A DNA stretch of 64,000 bases from Eledone cirrhosa (lineage: Eukaryota): the NCBI GenBank assembly GCA_964016885.1, contig OZ024743.1:267096001-267160000 (forward strand), in the 5' to 3' direction. Below the pieces are notes generated by a model. It did not search any database, was not told the origin of the DNA, and saw only the letters and a program-made list of their open reading frames with translations. Below, one piece after another: positions 1-13,691 of the stretch. The translations under genes were made by a program, and so were the position numbers. Position 1 is the stretch's first letter. Each line of letters starts with the position of its first letter.

Positions 1-40
1 AATAACATAAACATAAAGCTATATTATCAATTTAATAATT

Positions 41-600
41 TCATTCAATAAAACCACCATAAGCATCAATAACTACCTCTACGTTTGGTTGAAAGCGTTT
101 ACAAGCTCGGATTAAGTGGTCCTTGTTCATATCGGACATACTCGAACTATTGCGGCTTTCAAAGAATCTTTGGTGCCATGGGGGTGTTCATTGACATTTT
201 TACCCAACGATGCTCCATACATCCAGTGGATTAAGATCTGGAGAATTAGAAGGCCAAATGTTGGAGGTGATGTGATCATGCAAATTTTCGGCTATCCATT
301 CTTGTGACATTTGAGCCTTGTGTGATGGTGCAGAATCTTGTTGAAATCCATAAGGCCTTCCATTGCATACACTCCTAATCCAAGGCTTAACAACTTTTTC
401 CAGAACCTCAATATACGCAGGCCTTGTGGAATAAAGTGAGGAGGATCACATGTGTCTTCATTGCTAACAACACCCAAAACTATGACATCTGCAGGGAAGT
501 TTGGATCCTCAGAAGGGTCTGCACATAGCCACCTGTCTTTTCTTCTGTTAGTTTTCTTGTCCTGGTTAAAGTTTTTCAGATCTGAGAAAGTTTTTTCTCA
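41..600 (-). pseudogene. Tc1/mariner DD37D (maT-type) transposase remnant, catalytic domain
   Basis: Minus-strand translation gives FSDLKNFNQDKKTNRRKDRWL...VLGVVSNE..PPHF...FQQDSAPSH...WPSNSPDLNPLD...DAYGGFIE*. There are 37 residues between the 2nd and 3rd catalytic D. Frameshifted and internally deleted. Confidence 0.9.
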
Positions 601-959
601 TCTGTTTATGTAATTAAAGTTGGAAGATATAGAGTATTCTTAGAGTATATTCAACAATAGAAAATTATTGATATACGTAGACCTTATCGGATTTTATATC
701 TCACAATTCCTTCGGCATTACTACCGATTAACACACTGTTAGGCGAAATTCAAGAAGATGGAATAAATTGTGCATGTGCATGTGCACCGAAAACGATAAG
801 TGGAATAGAATGAAACGAAATTTAATTCTATTCCATTTATCGTTTTCGGTGCGCCCGGCCGACTAAACACCCTCGATATCCAAATCAGGCTGCTCAGCCG
901 TTAATATGCATAAGGAAAGTATATACTTTCAGACGGTCAACCATCTGGCAGGAAGATAT

Positions 960-1002
960 ACGATGCTGACGATAGCTAATAAGCTTGAAACTAGTACATC
1001 GT
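960..1002 (+). ncRNA. Minimal type I hammerhead ribozyme, family A
   Basis: acgatg-CTGACGA-t agct aata agct t-GAAA-ctag-TA-catcgt. 6-bp stem I, 4-bp stem II, palindromic stem III, GUA cleavage triplet. Confidence 0.9.
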
Positions 1003-1406
1003 TCCTGTGTCAGTGTTGAACACAAAGGTGACGTTGTTGCCTAAACACTGTACGGCGTAATTCGGACTGTTTGTTTGTTTACAAACAAACCGAGCATTAT
1101 AATAAATGTTCGGTAAACCGATACGTGCATATATATATGTGTGTGCATGTATGTATATATATACATACTACTGTACGTCTGTATACATATATGTATGTAC
1201 GTATACATACATACATACATACTTACATTTAAGTAACTGCCGTACTAAGAGTGAGAAATGAAATTTCGTTTCATTCTATTCATTTATCGTTTTCGGTCCG
1301 CTCGGCCAACTAAACTCACTCGATATGCAAATTAGGCTTCTCAGCCGTTAATATGCATAAGGAAAGTATATACTTTCAGACGTTCAACCATCTGGCAGGA
1401 ATGTAT

Positions 1407-1449
1407 ACGATGCTGACGATAGCTAATAAGCTTGAAACTAGTACATCGT
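1407..1449 (+). ncRNA. Minimal type I hammerhead ribozyme, family A (tandem copy)
   Basis: Identical to 960-1002. Confidence 0.9.
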
Positions 1450-1679
1450 TCCTGTGTCAGTGTTGAACACAAAGGTGACGTGGTTGCCTAAACACTGTAC
1501 GGCGTAATTCGGGATGTTTGTTTGTTATAATAAATGTTCGGTAAACCGATACGTGTATATATATATGTGTGCATATATGTATATATATACATACTAGTGT
1601 ACGTCTGTATACATATGTGTATGTACGTATACATACATACATACATACTTACATATAATTATATATATATATAATTATA

Positions 1680-1716
<37 letters not shown>

Positions 1717-2051
1717 CATAGATATGTGCATAAACGGTGACCAGGTACAACATAGAATAAGCACTAAGCAGTAACAACATGCATCAGCCGGCATATTGGT
1801 TAAATTGTTTGGATTTCGTTCATAATGTCATGATTTTCATTTCCGGTTGCACGTTTTGTTCAATCAAAGGCAGAAAAGTGAGTTATGCCTGAAATTCAAA
1901 CGAGCATACTTGGCGCGTAGTATGTACCTTAGAATTAGGCAAATGTGCACCTTTCTATGGAATGCGGACACATGTGTACATTAATTTTACGAACATCATG
2001 TCCTTTCGTTCGAAAATCTGGAACATTCGTCTTAACCGACGGATGTCAAAT

Positions 2052-2086
<35 letters not shown>

Positions 2087-2308
2087 AACAAACACACATA
2101 TCCTTGAATATATTATGTAAATTATCATATTCCGGTATGTAATTAATCAGAGATAGATTTCAAATACTGTGCTAGTGAACTGAAATGTTTGAACTGAAAA
2201 TTCAAAGCGAGAGCAACAATGATATATCCCAATTCTGATTCTGGGTCTCTCAAACACACACGTACATAAACATATCAGGACATGCCGACTATATATATGT
2301 ACGCATAT

Positions 2309-2384
<76 letters not shown>

Positions 2385-3029
2385 AGGGTGGGGGTTTAAA
2401 TAGGTAATTATGTATGTAAATACGTGTTTATATTTGTGCGTGTGATAATATGCATCTGTGAACGTTTGTGCCCGTGTGTGTACCTGTCTGTCTGTGCATT
2501 CAATGCGAGAAGTCGTAGTAATATAGAAAAGTGTAATTTGTTTTGTATTTCCATATTAAATTGAATTCTTTGTCATCGTGTTTTAAAAGTCCAACAAAAA
2601 TTATATTGCAGCGCAAGTTGCTATGACAATGAAACTGAAACCTATATTAATAGCATATAACATACAATAAAACACAGAAATATAGACACATAACGCATAT
2701 AATTATCTAAATCCGAAGTATAATAATATCTAAAAATATAGTTTGCTATAGAAATAATTGCAATTACAACAGCGAACAGACTTGAAGCAAACACGCATAT
2801 TTATAAACGTATAAAACTCTAGTCAGTGCTGTATCTCAGTAATCTATAACAGGATTTTCCTAGTCAATGAATCTACATAATTTGAACTAGATTAACTACA
2901 TTAAACATGTTCAATGTATTTCCCTCTCATTTGCATATGTGGAGGCGCGTACATATTTTGCAAACAGGCACAAAGAAATTAATAAGCGCGTGTTAATACA
3001 AATGTTTGGTTCCTTAAAATAATATAGTA

Positions 3030-3245
3030 TTTAACGACTTCTAATTTAGGAACAAGACCAACAATTTTTTGGGAGGGAAATTTGATTATATCGACGCCAG
3101 TAATTTAGGGGTACTTTAATATATTTTTCCCGAATTGGGGATATACAAATTGAGCTTAGCAGGATTTGAAATATAAATGTGCGTAGCTAAATGCCTAAAA
3201 ACATTTTGCCTAACTCACTGATGATTCTACCAATCCCCCACCCCG
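3030..3245 (-). mobile_element. Divergent SINE copy
   Basis: Degenerate similarity to the repeated SINE (ggatttgaa, gtacttta, caagaccaac segments). Confidence 0.5.
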
Positions 3246-3332
3246 CTGACAATTATTAAACATACGTATTATAATATGAGTGCTGATTTACGTTTATAAC
3301 AAGAAAGTTATTTGTCCACACTGTACACTAAA

Positions 3333-3510
3333 TAATTGTTTGTACTATTGGCACAAGGCCAGCAATTATCCAGTACATTACTGGTATTTTATTTTATTGA
3401 CCCCGTAAGGATGAAAGGCAAAGTTAACCTCGGCGGGATATGAACTCAGAATGGCAAGCGCCGTAACTCTATGCGTCAAAGTATGGTGTCCGACCCTCTA
3501 CCGATTGTCC
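3333..3510 (-). mobile_element. tRNA-type SINE (major family)
   Basis: Reverse complement contains the B-box-like gagttcatatccc followed by gccgaggttaactttgcctttcatccttacggggtc...taccagt. Repeated about 10 times in the window. Confidence 0.85.
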
Positions 3511-3613
3511 TGCAAACGAAATTTTCATTTATCTCACCATATAAAATAGTTTGTCAAATATTAGTCCTATATAAACAATGGTTATAATTCTGATGAGCTG
3601 CTGCTGCTGCTGC

Positions 3614-4035
3614 TTCTTCTTCTTTTTTTCTTCTTCTTCTTCTTCTTCTTCTTCTTCGTCTTCTTCTTCTTCTTCTTGAAGTGGGTCCAGTCAGAAGCAA
3701 CCACCTCCAACGGATCCGGCTGGATCCCCAGCCAACCTCTTGGATTATATCTAACCGTCTTGTTCAAGGTTCTCACTTGGGTCTGTCCAGCGATTCTTTC
3801 CTCAGATATTCGAACCATATAACCATAGTATCGGATATGTGAACTCTCAATTCGGCTCTAACTGGAATGAATCTCGGATCTCCGCTTGAAGATAGACAGG
3901 AGGATTCAATGATACAAATTGCCTTCTGGCATTTTTTCATTGCCAAAACAGAGGTCCGATGAGCTTTTGATTTCAGCGTCGGGCTAGATCGATACTGATC
4001 AAAACTTGAGCTGATCAATAGTGAAACGCGCGTCA
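3614..4035 (-). mobile_element. RTE-like LINE 3' fragment with (GAA)n tail
   Basis: Translation ..ESSHIRYYGYMVRISEERIAGQ resembles the RTE C-terminal LRWYGHVxRM motif. Nucleotide similarity to 28620-28690. Simple-repeat tail. Confidence 0.7.
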
Positions 4036-4050
4036 CTACTCAATAAACAG

Positions 4051-4228
4051 ATAATTGTTTCTACTTTTGGCACAAGGCCAGTAATTATCCAGTGTATTAC
4101 TGGTACTTTATTTTATCGACCCCATAAGGATGAAAGGCAAAGTTAAGCTCGGCGAGATTTGAACTCAGAATAGCAAGGGCCATAAATCTATGCGTCAAAG
4201 CATGGCGTCCGACCCTCTACCGATAATC
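4051..4228 (-). mobile_element. tRNA-type SINE (major family)
   Basis: Near copy of 3333-3510. Confidence 0.85.
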
Positions 4229-4279
4229 AATAAACATATAATGAAGACGTAACAAATCGTCCTATTCATTCTTCTTCTT

Positions 4280-4369
<90 letters not shown>

Positions 4370-5154
4370 GAATGCTATGGGTGACGGAGGCTCGGCTCTG
4401 TAAGTTATTGTAAACTTTGACCGCTATAACAATTGTAAATTGTTTAAAACTTTAACCAAATTGTAGACAAAAAAGCCTCCTCCTCGTGAGAGGGGTCTTT
4501 CTGCCCGTTATTTGGCCCTTCGGGGTTAACTAACCGCTTATTGGGGTTTTGTGCCCAATATTTATTTTAAACAAAAAAAAACATGGCTACGAAAAATAAT
4601 TGTCATAGGTCACTCCCACTCATTCCGTCTTCTTCTTCCTCAATCGTCACTACAGCAGAGAGAAGAGTGTCTCTCTCCCTCCCTTCTCTAAATGTGTCTC
4701 TCTCACTCCCTTCTCTTTCGCAAGCGATGCCAGTAAAGAAAAATCACGTAGAAAGCGTGCAACATTTCTCCACGACAACGACGACAACGACGACAAAGTT
4801 GTGCGGGGAAATACGAAAACCCATTTCATTCGTCTTACGTCATGAATAATAGCAGTAGCAGCCGTAATAACAGCAGCAGCAGCAACAGTGACAAGGAAAA
4901 CAACAGTAGCAGCCGCAACAGAATCAGCAGCAGCATAGACAACAACAGCATTAGCAGCAACAGCAACAACAACAGCAACAGCAGCAACAATAACAACAAC
5001 CACAGCAACAGCGGCGGCGGCAGTAGTCGTAGTACCTGCAGCAACAACAAAAGTAACAGCAGCTCTGACGACAACAACAACAACAACAACAACAGCAGCA
5101 AAGAACATGGAAACCATCCTCATAACAAATGAGAAATTAGAGTAAGCAAAGAAG

Positions 5155-6000
5155 ATGGTGACGAAAAATGGACACCGAGCAATCTGCAAGTCAGCCGAAA
5201 CATTTTTCGAAACCCAACAGCACTGTACGGTCACGTACCGTACAGGGGGCACAAAATCACGTAGGGTTGAAAGGACCACAGAGGCTCAAATACAAAAAGG
5301 CTTAGGGTCTGTGTGGCAGCGGAAAACGTACACCACTCGAGGCCAGAAATATGCCACCGTAGACGTGCTTTTTGCCACAGCCCAGGAGGCAAAGGCTCGA
5401 TCCTTAGTGACTCTAAGGAGCGAGGCAGTGGTGTTGGTGCCTTCCTACTACGGGCAAAAAATTGTGAGGGTCAAACTGACCCACGTTCCCCCCGGGATGG
5501 CCCCTTCTTGGCTGGCCGCGTCTGAGAAGATTGGGTCGGCACCTCCATTGAGATGATAAGCCAAACCAACCAGGAGTGCATCGAAGCTATCCCGGATGTG
5601 ATAGACTTCGATAACGGCACTCACCTGCCATAAGTGTTGAGGGCAAACGCCCAAAATGCTTTCGCTGTGGATCGAAGACTCACCTCAGGGCCTTCTGCAA
5701 CGAGAAGATCCTCAGAAAGGAGAAAACCCCCCTCCTTCCGAAACCGGCTCCACGGCTACCAGCAACAGGACAAGCGGCAACCAGGAATGATAGGTCCGTG
5801 GCACCCATACCCACGCCATGGAAATCAAGAACAGCAGCAGCAGTCGAAGTATTAACAACAACAACAGTAATACCAAATGCAAATGCGACAGAGACTCCAC
5901 TGCAAACATCACCAACAACAACAACAAGTGAAAGAGTAGAGCTGGTACCAATCCCCGAACTCACAGAATCAGACATGGAGTGTGAGGTGGGAGAGGGATA
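5155..6000 (+). pseudogene. LINE ORF1 (gag-like) remnant with zinc knuckle
   Basis: VEGKRPKCFRCGSKTHLRAFC (CX2CX4HX4C) at 5657-5698. Frameshifted. Start uncertain. Confidence 0.75.
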
Positions 6001-6672
6001 ACAAAAGGTCGTAAGTAGTCACAAACGCAGAAGCAGCACATCGTCGCCTTCGAAAAGGGAGGAAAGAAATGAAAAATCAGTAAAGGCTACTGCAAACAGG
6101 CTCACAGCAGCAACACCACCAACACTATCACCACCCACACTAGCCACATCATCACCACCGGCGACAACCCCACCGCCAACAACAACAAAACCTTCAACAC
6201 CACTACCAGAAGCACCAACATAGCAAACACAACAAAACACATACACCCAGCAACAACGACAAGAAAATAGCAGAACCACACCCCACCCCCAGAAAAACAA
6301 ATGCACGGGAATAAATACACACAACAAGAAACTAATGACTTACATAATTGAACACACAGACATTTCTGAGCACAACTACATAATACCAGCACCAATCAAA
6401 ACGCCAACGAACATAAGACTGCTAAAAATAGCACAGAAACAATTCACAAACATTAAAACGAAATTCTCCAACGAAGTTGGTGATTTAGGAGACCTAGGAG
6501 GGACTCTCAACCGGAGAGTATATTCGGACATAGAAAAGCCGACGACCAGCCGAAGGGACGATTCAACGGTCCCTTCACCAGACGATCAAGTGAAAAGAGA
6601 TGGAGAAACCATCCTTCCTCTACGAAAAGTAGGGTAAGTGGTCTTTCCCATCTTTTCCACTCTATTTTAAAC

Positions 6673-9150
6673 ATGACCTCACAGCCTTTCAGGCTAGTGG
6701 CCGTCTATGCCCCGACAGGAGCAGGGCGGCCTGATTTCTTCCGGCGTCTGGAGACCTTTCTTGGAACGTCCCGCTCTTTAGTGTTAGTGGGCGACTGGAA
6801 CGGGATCTTAGATGCACGCTGGGACTGTGTGGGATTAGCGGATAGGGGTGGATGGTGCAAGAGCCTCACCAAACTGCTCAGGCGTTTTGAAATGTCTGAC
6901 AGGTACCGATTGGATTTCCCGAATGTGCAAATGTGGACTTGGACAAATCGCATAGGGTCATCCTGATCATATATAGATAGAGTATTTTGTAGGGAAATAG
7001 ATAGATCTAGCATAGGCTGTCCACAATTCAAGATAGTCAGATACACGGACCACAAATTCGTGATCTGTGTGCTTGACTTAGATAGGCTTCATAGACGAGG
7101 ACCCGGCTACTGGAAGCTAAACGCGTCCTTACCAGCGCGCAAGGCCTACAGAGACCGGATTAGCGAACTAGTTAAGCGGGCGTTGACGGGGGCCATCGTC
7201 AACAACAAGTGGAGGTTTGCTCTGAAAAGAGCGATTAGAATAGAATCCATTAGGTTTAGTAAGGCTTTAGCAATAGAGAAAAATAGAGCAGAGGGAGAAC
7301 TAGTTAGAAAATTAGACGAGGCGCTTAGCAAAGGCATCGCGACCGACGTGCTTGCGGCGAAATTGGCCCTTGACGAATTCTTCAGTGCCATTCCCGACAG
7401 ATCCATCCACGACAACCTCCACCTCATGCGATACATCGTAGAGGTGGTAGCTAAGGAACCTGGCACGGGTGGGTCCTTGACCAATTTAGATCAGTCGAAA
7501 GCTTTCGATCGGGTGGACCATCGTTACCTAGCGGCAGTCCTGAGGGCGGCTGGCTTTGGGCTCGTCTTCAGAGGCTGGATCGCTGCCATGCACAGCAACA
7601 TCTGCTCTGTGGTGAGAGTGAACGGTCAGCTGTCGGAACCGTTCAACATCATGCGCTCGGTCCGCCAAGGATGATCCCCTCTCGTCTCTCTTGTACGTAT
7701 TGACTTTCGAGCCATTACTGCACAAACTGGAGACGTTCAGAGGCGTCCCGCGCGAACTAGGATGCGGAAGATCCGTGTCAGCATGTGCGGACGATGTCAC
7801 CGTAGTGGTGTCGAACGCCAAACACATCGAGGCGATCGGCACTACACTAAGAGAATACGAAGCGGTGACAGGAGCAATGATCAACCAGGAAAAGTCAGTG
7901 GGCCTGCAGCTCGGCACCTGGAGAGGCAGGCCCATGAATTCCAACAGCGTGGTCGGACGCTAGACGGACGGACCGGTTAAATTGCTAGGATTCTGGTTCG
8001 GTTCGGACCTCCAGACGGACAAAAACTGGCACGAGGTGACGAGCAGGGTGGCTTCTCTCACCCAGAAATGGGCGGAGAGGAAGCTATCCCTGAAAGGTCG
8101 AGCGGAGGTGGCTAACGCGTACATCACGTCTGTCATCTGCTACCGCCTGACGGCGTACCTTCTCCTAAGCCCCGCCTGACTGCGCTGGAGCGTTTGCTCT
8201 TTCGCTTTTTGTGGAAGGGACGCGCTCCGATGGTCAGGCGGTCCATCTGTTGTCAACACCCGCTACGTGGAGGGCTGGGCATGCCGTGGCTGATGATGCG
8301 CAGACACGCGCTCAGGCTACGGCATCTCCACCTCTTCCTCGACGGTGATCAGGTGTGGTCGCCGTTTGCTAGACACGTATTTCCCCAGCTCGTTTCCTTG
8401 ACGCAGCTGCAGTCCTGGGTCAAGCGAAGACCGAGAGGGAGCGCCTGGAGACTGGAATGTCTTCAGGCGCTCACAGCCCTCGACCAATCGGGCAATGTGA
8501 TCGGTGGAAACTCCACCTCGGCGTTCTATAGATGATTAGTGGAGGGGAAGAGCGACGACGTACTTGGGGAAACTCTAGGCGTCGACGAAATTCAAATAGC
8601 CAATCTCTTCGGAAGAACTTTCGGGCCGGGGTCTATGGACAACTTCCAGAAATCTCTGACCTGGCAGTGCTACCGAGGAGACTTGCCAGTTCGGGATAAA
8701 CTCTACAGGCATCGAGGTGCCGTCAGGTGTGGAATGACCGAGATGCGCACAAAGCGACGAAAGCATCCTGCACGCACTCGTCCAGTGTCCGAAAATTGCT
8801 GACGTGTAGGTTTATGTCGAACACCTGCTGTCGCGTGTTGACGGATCCAGCTATCATCTGAGTCCATCGTGAGGATTGCCCTGCCCTCTTCCTTTAGCCG
8901 GGAAGGGCAGGCAGTTTTTATCTGTCTGGTGGCCATGGCGAAAGAGATAGTATGGTGGACACGTTTGAAAGGGCTGAAGACGAGCACTTACCTCTTCGGT
9001 GATGTCCTGATTGACTTTTTTCAAATTTCATTTGAAAAGGAAATTCAGAGTAGAGAGGGAAATGCTCTCTTCCCAGCATTTTGTTGAAAGATGGGTGAGA
9101 GAAGCAAGAATGGCCCGAGTGAATGGGCCTACTCTGAGTATGTATCTGTA
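6673..9150 (+). pseudogene. LINE ORF2 remnant (APE endonuclease + reverse transcriptase), L1/Tx1 type
   Basis: Motifs FRLVAVYAP, LVGDWN, YIDRVF, TDHK, GYWKLNASL, DQSKAFDRVDH, SVRQG, SACADD (YADD mutated), INQEKS, GGLG. Multiple stops and frameshifts. Confidence 0.92.
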
Positions 9151-9398
9151 AATTACAGGTGGAAAACTGGGAGAGGGCACTTGCCTTGGTGGTCAGGGTC
9201 AGTATGGCCTTTTACTGGGCTTTCTCCACGAATGTCCCTCGGAAGTCTCCCCTTTATTGGGGAATTTGTTTATTGTTCTATTATTACATCCTCTGTTTTT
9301 GTTTTTTACACGCAGAAATGCCCATTTGTACCGTCCTGTATTGTTCTGCACTGTCCTTAATGTCTACTTTATGTAAACCCTTGTGGTTAATAAAGAAA

Positions 9399-9442
<44 letters not shown>

Positions 9443-9469
9443 TTCATTATTATAAACGTCTAAAATCTG

Positions 9470-9717
9470 TCTTAAGCCACAAGGCTCATTTGGCCGGTGC
9501 TTAACCCGGTTTCATGGCGTGAAGCGACTGAGAGAAAAACACCCTCCTGGACAGGACGCCAGTCCATCGCAGCGTTGAACTCCCGGCTCATTTTCAGCCG
9601 CGTATACTGGTATTCGGGAGCTAAGGGAAATGAAATGTTTTCATCGAGAACACATCACGCAACTCATAACATAATGATCGTAAGTACAACTCCCTTACCA
9701 CTAGGCCACATGCCTCC
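9470..9717 (-). mobile_element. Second tRNA-derived SINE family
   Basis: Reverse complement begins ggaggcatgTGGCCTAGTGGtaag (A-box-like tRNA head) and has a GC-rich body. Confidence 0.7.
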
Positions 9718-9725
9718 ATATATAT

Positions 9726-9826
<101 letters not shown>

Positions 9827-10040
9827 ATAGGATATGTGTTCCTTCACGCACAAGGCGCTAAGGGACGCATGTATTGTCCCTATGCCCTGTGTATATATAT
9901 ATATATGAATATACATATGTATAGAGAATTAGTATATTTACCAACATACGCGTACATATGTACACTAATGTTAGCAAATACATAGGTTATGTCATAGTAC
10001 CTAGTGTCCGCGCATTGCCTGGAGACTTAGCTGAGAATAG

Positions 10041-10122
10041 ACTCCCTGATGACGTAATGAATTCTTGACAGTTACATTGCGTAACTATCTTTATCCCATT
10101 ACAGAAACTAATTAGTTGGAGT
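10041..10122 (+). ncRNA. Type I hammerhead ribozyme with extended stem II (solo family)
   Basis: actcc-CTGATGA-c gtaatg[..agttac attgc gtaact..]cattac a-GAAA-ctaattag-TT-ggagt. Palindromic stem III, GUU triplet. Confidence 0.85.
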
Positions 10123-10205
10123 GAAAATTTTAGTAAACAAGTTAATTTTTAATTTTTAAAATTTTCTTATTTTACGTCTTTCATATATATATGTATATAT
10201 ATATG

Positions 10206-10332
<127 letters not shown>

Positions 10333-10473
10333 TTATTTATTTATGTAAACAACACCAGCTAGATGTTTCAATAATTATATTGTGTTGTTTATTACATAAT
10401 TAAATAGCTCTCTACTATACATAGAACACTTTTCTTTCCTTTACCTTTTCTACGGAAATACTTAGTATATATA

Positions 10474-11251
10474 TCTATACATATATATATATATATATAA
10501 AACTGAAGTCGTGTGTGTGTGTGTGTCCTAATTTGGCAAAGTCTATACAAATCCACATTTCTATTCTGATTGACTTCAAACTTACATTTATATATTGCTT
10601 GCCGTCCAAAGATATTAAGTGCAGCCTTTATTTTTCAATGTTCTGTTGTTAAAGGCGTTTTTTTCACTAAAACTTCAGGTCCTTTTTGTCAGTTTCTTTG
10701 GCAATTTTGTCTACAATGTTCAACAGAGACAACTATTTATTATTTTGAAAGAGTTACCTCTCTTTATAGACTATATTATCTCTGCTTAAACGTACATCCC
10801 TTGAAATTGTTGATTCTGACCCCAATAGTAATTCAGAAGCGTTCGGCATCCGATATAACAGTTCGGTCTATATAAGATTGGGTAGATTTTTGTAACCTTA
10901 AAAGTATCCAACTAAATTACTTCATACTCTCCACTACTGCAGTCCCACATGCTTACTGTTCTGTAACTATTGCTTTCATTATACACTAGCACAACAAATG
11001 CATGTTCGGTTTGTTGAATGCCTTTTCAGTTAACCTCATCGTCTTGGCATTCGTGGGTTGAAGATTTTACTCTCAGGCACCCAATTAAGTTAAACTTTGG
11101 TAATGTACGACGAATATTTTTTATATGCAAAAAATGTAGACACCATTCCCAGGTCGAGGTATTCCGTACTTCTCTGTACTGTTTCAGAAAGGTGGGATAA
11201 CCATGCCAATCTATGTTTAGTATCCCGAGCAACGCCGGGCCATTCTGCTAG
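10474..11251 (+). mobile_element. Non-autonomous Helitron
   Basis: 5' A|TCTATAC..TATATAAAA start. 3' GC hairpin cccg-agcaacgc-cggg followed by CTAG|T. Inserted between A and T, no TSD. Confidence 0.8.
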
Positions 11252-11269
11252 TATAATATATATATATAC

Positions 11270-11327
<58 letters not shown>

Positions 11328-11373
11328 TATGGAATACTGTTGGCTTTTCGCTACAATGTTTTCTATAGCTTTC

Positions 11374-11410
<37 letters not shown>

Positions 11411-11435
11411 TATATATATATATATACACACACAT

Positions 11436-11547
<112 letters not shown>

Positions 11548-11845
11548 TGAGAGAGATGATTATTATGGAGAAACATTTTTTTCCGTTATTTGTTTTCCTT
11601 TTCTGGGTTAGAAGTTGTTTAAAATAAATTATTTTACTGTGTGCGAAGTGACTAAGTATTAATTTATTTATATAATATTATCAATTACCGGTTTCAGCAT
11701 TTTATGCTTTTTTGAATTTATGTGAGTGGGAGAGAGAAAAAAAAGGAATTTGTGTTTGTATGAAATGCAGAAGAGAAAATAAGGTGATGTTAAACATGTT
11801 AAGTAAATGGGAAAGCAATAATAATATTATTTACAAACATGGTTT

Positions 11846-12275
11846 TTGAAGACAAGCAGTTCAAACAATGAACCCTACATTAAAAAATGCGGAAGGCCCA
11901 ACTGTGGTATATGCATAAATCTAATAGAAGTTTCAACGTTCCACTTCAAACAAGGTCAACATTTCACAGTTAAATACAACTTTACATGTGTATCTGAAAA
12001 CCTAATCTATGTTTTGACCTTCTCAGGTTGTCGAGAGCACTACATAGGACAGACAAAAAAGCAGCCTCCGACAACGTATGACCGTCCATATATCACAAAT
12101 CAAAATACAGGAATACAGAAAGATTGCTCGTAGTGAACATATCACCAACTGTGCACCTAACCAACTACCAAACTTTAGAATGTTCCCCATTTACATAGAT
12201 AAAACTTCTTTCATCCAACATTAACAAATTCCAACCTCTACTTAATGGACTAAACTCCGGACTAAACGAAAACTA
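11846..12275 (+). pseudogene. Penelope-like element GIY-YIG endonuclease remnant
   Basis: CGRPNCGIC...FTCVSENLIYVLTFSGCREHYIGQT, then after a frameshift LRQRMTVH...EHITNC...INKFQPLLN. Confidence 0.88.
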
Positions 12276-12335
12276 GAATGAACAAAGTTGTGTGTTCTCT
12301 AAATAGTTACCTACCTCCACCTACCTATTCTTTTT

Positions 12336-12392
<57 letters not shown>

Positions 12393-12926
12393 AATATATT
12401 TTATACATGTGTAGAGCAAATGGTGAAATATATACATCGACTGCAATTTCGCTAACTAGCATGCTGCTGAAGTGCAATTAAAGGGCACTCAAACTGTGAG
12501 GTTACGGCTTGTCAAGTGAATACCTTGGTGTAAGTTCTAATTCCTCGAACTTATCGTTACCAGTGAACATTTTTAAAGGAAGAATTATCATTTTATTGTT
12601 ATCCAGAAGGGTAGTAAAGGGTAGTCTATCGGCGTGTAAAAGAGTAGCTCGAAAAAGTAGTCTATTTTAACCCTTTTTTTTACTCATCCATAGATAGAGA
12701 GGGAGGTGGAGGTGACAGAGTGAAAAGATAGAAGGAATGTATGTGCGTATGTGTGTTTCTTTATTTGAAATACTAGATTTAAAAAGACATGAGAAATACG
12801 GGAGTAGCTGAATTGTGTGAGTTTACGTTCTACGGATATTTAAGATATATAGAAAAAGACACGGAGAGGCAACTATTGATAGAATTATTAATAGAGAGAA
12901 AAGATGTAAATTGGAAGACACTGACA

Positions 12927-13014
<88 letters not shown>

Positions 13015-13518
13015 GGAGAGAGAATGAGTGAGAAAAAGAAGAAGAAGAAGAAGAAGAAGTAGAAGAAGAAAATAATTCCCTTCGATGCGCTTACACAGCG
13101 TTTCATTTTATCAAAGTTAATTCCAATTATTTCTTTTGCCCAGGTTAACTTGCACTAAGAACGAAACCAAATCCGCGCCGTTGCAAAGTGAAGTTCCTCA
13201 ACTCGCAGTTATATAAATAATACAAGAGAAATAGCACATAAATAAATAAAAAGAATAAAATGCAACACAAAGGAATCGATCAAAATATAAAATGAAACAA
13301 AGAAGTCGAGCAAGTTTAAAGCCTGTAAAACATAAATGCTTTGGCCTTTTGACTGGAAATTATAAGGTCTTAGATAGACATATGAAATAATTCATTATTA
13401 AAAGACGCCGTTATTTTTTAGATCCTTTAAGAAGTGTACACGCGAGGAAAGATGAAGAGGAAAAATGTACACACACACATTGACACAGATACACACGCAT
13501 ATAGATACGCACACACAT

Positions 13519-13550
<32 letters not shown>

Positions 13551-13570
13551 GTATACCGAGAGAAAGATAG

Positions 13571-13691
<121 letters not shown>

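Larger units (their letters stand above)
781..1656 (+). mobile_element. Family A non-coding HHR-bearing tandem repeat (PLE pseudo-LTR / retrozyme-like), about 2 units of 447 bp with a short 5' inverted segment
   Basis: Direct repeat with period 447 (HHR at 960 and 1407). Fold-back at 782-852. Related copies at 22513-23750 and 42238-43007. Ends in (TA)n. Confidence 0.85.
4370..9400 (+). mobile_element. L1/Tx1-like non-LTR retrotransposon, 5'-to-3' but internally deleted and inactivated
   Basis: GC-rich block between two (ATT)n tracts. ORF1 with CCHC knuckle, APE endonuclease and RT motifs, AATAAA at 9389-9394. Confidence 0.92.
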
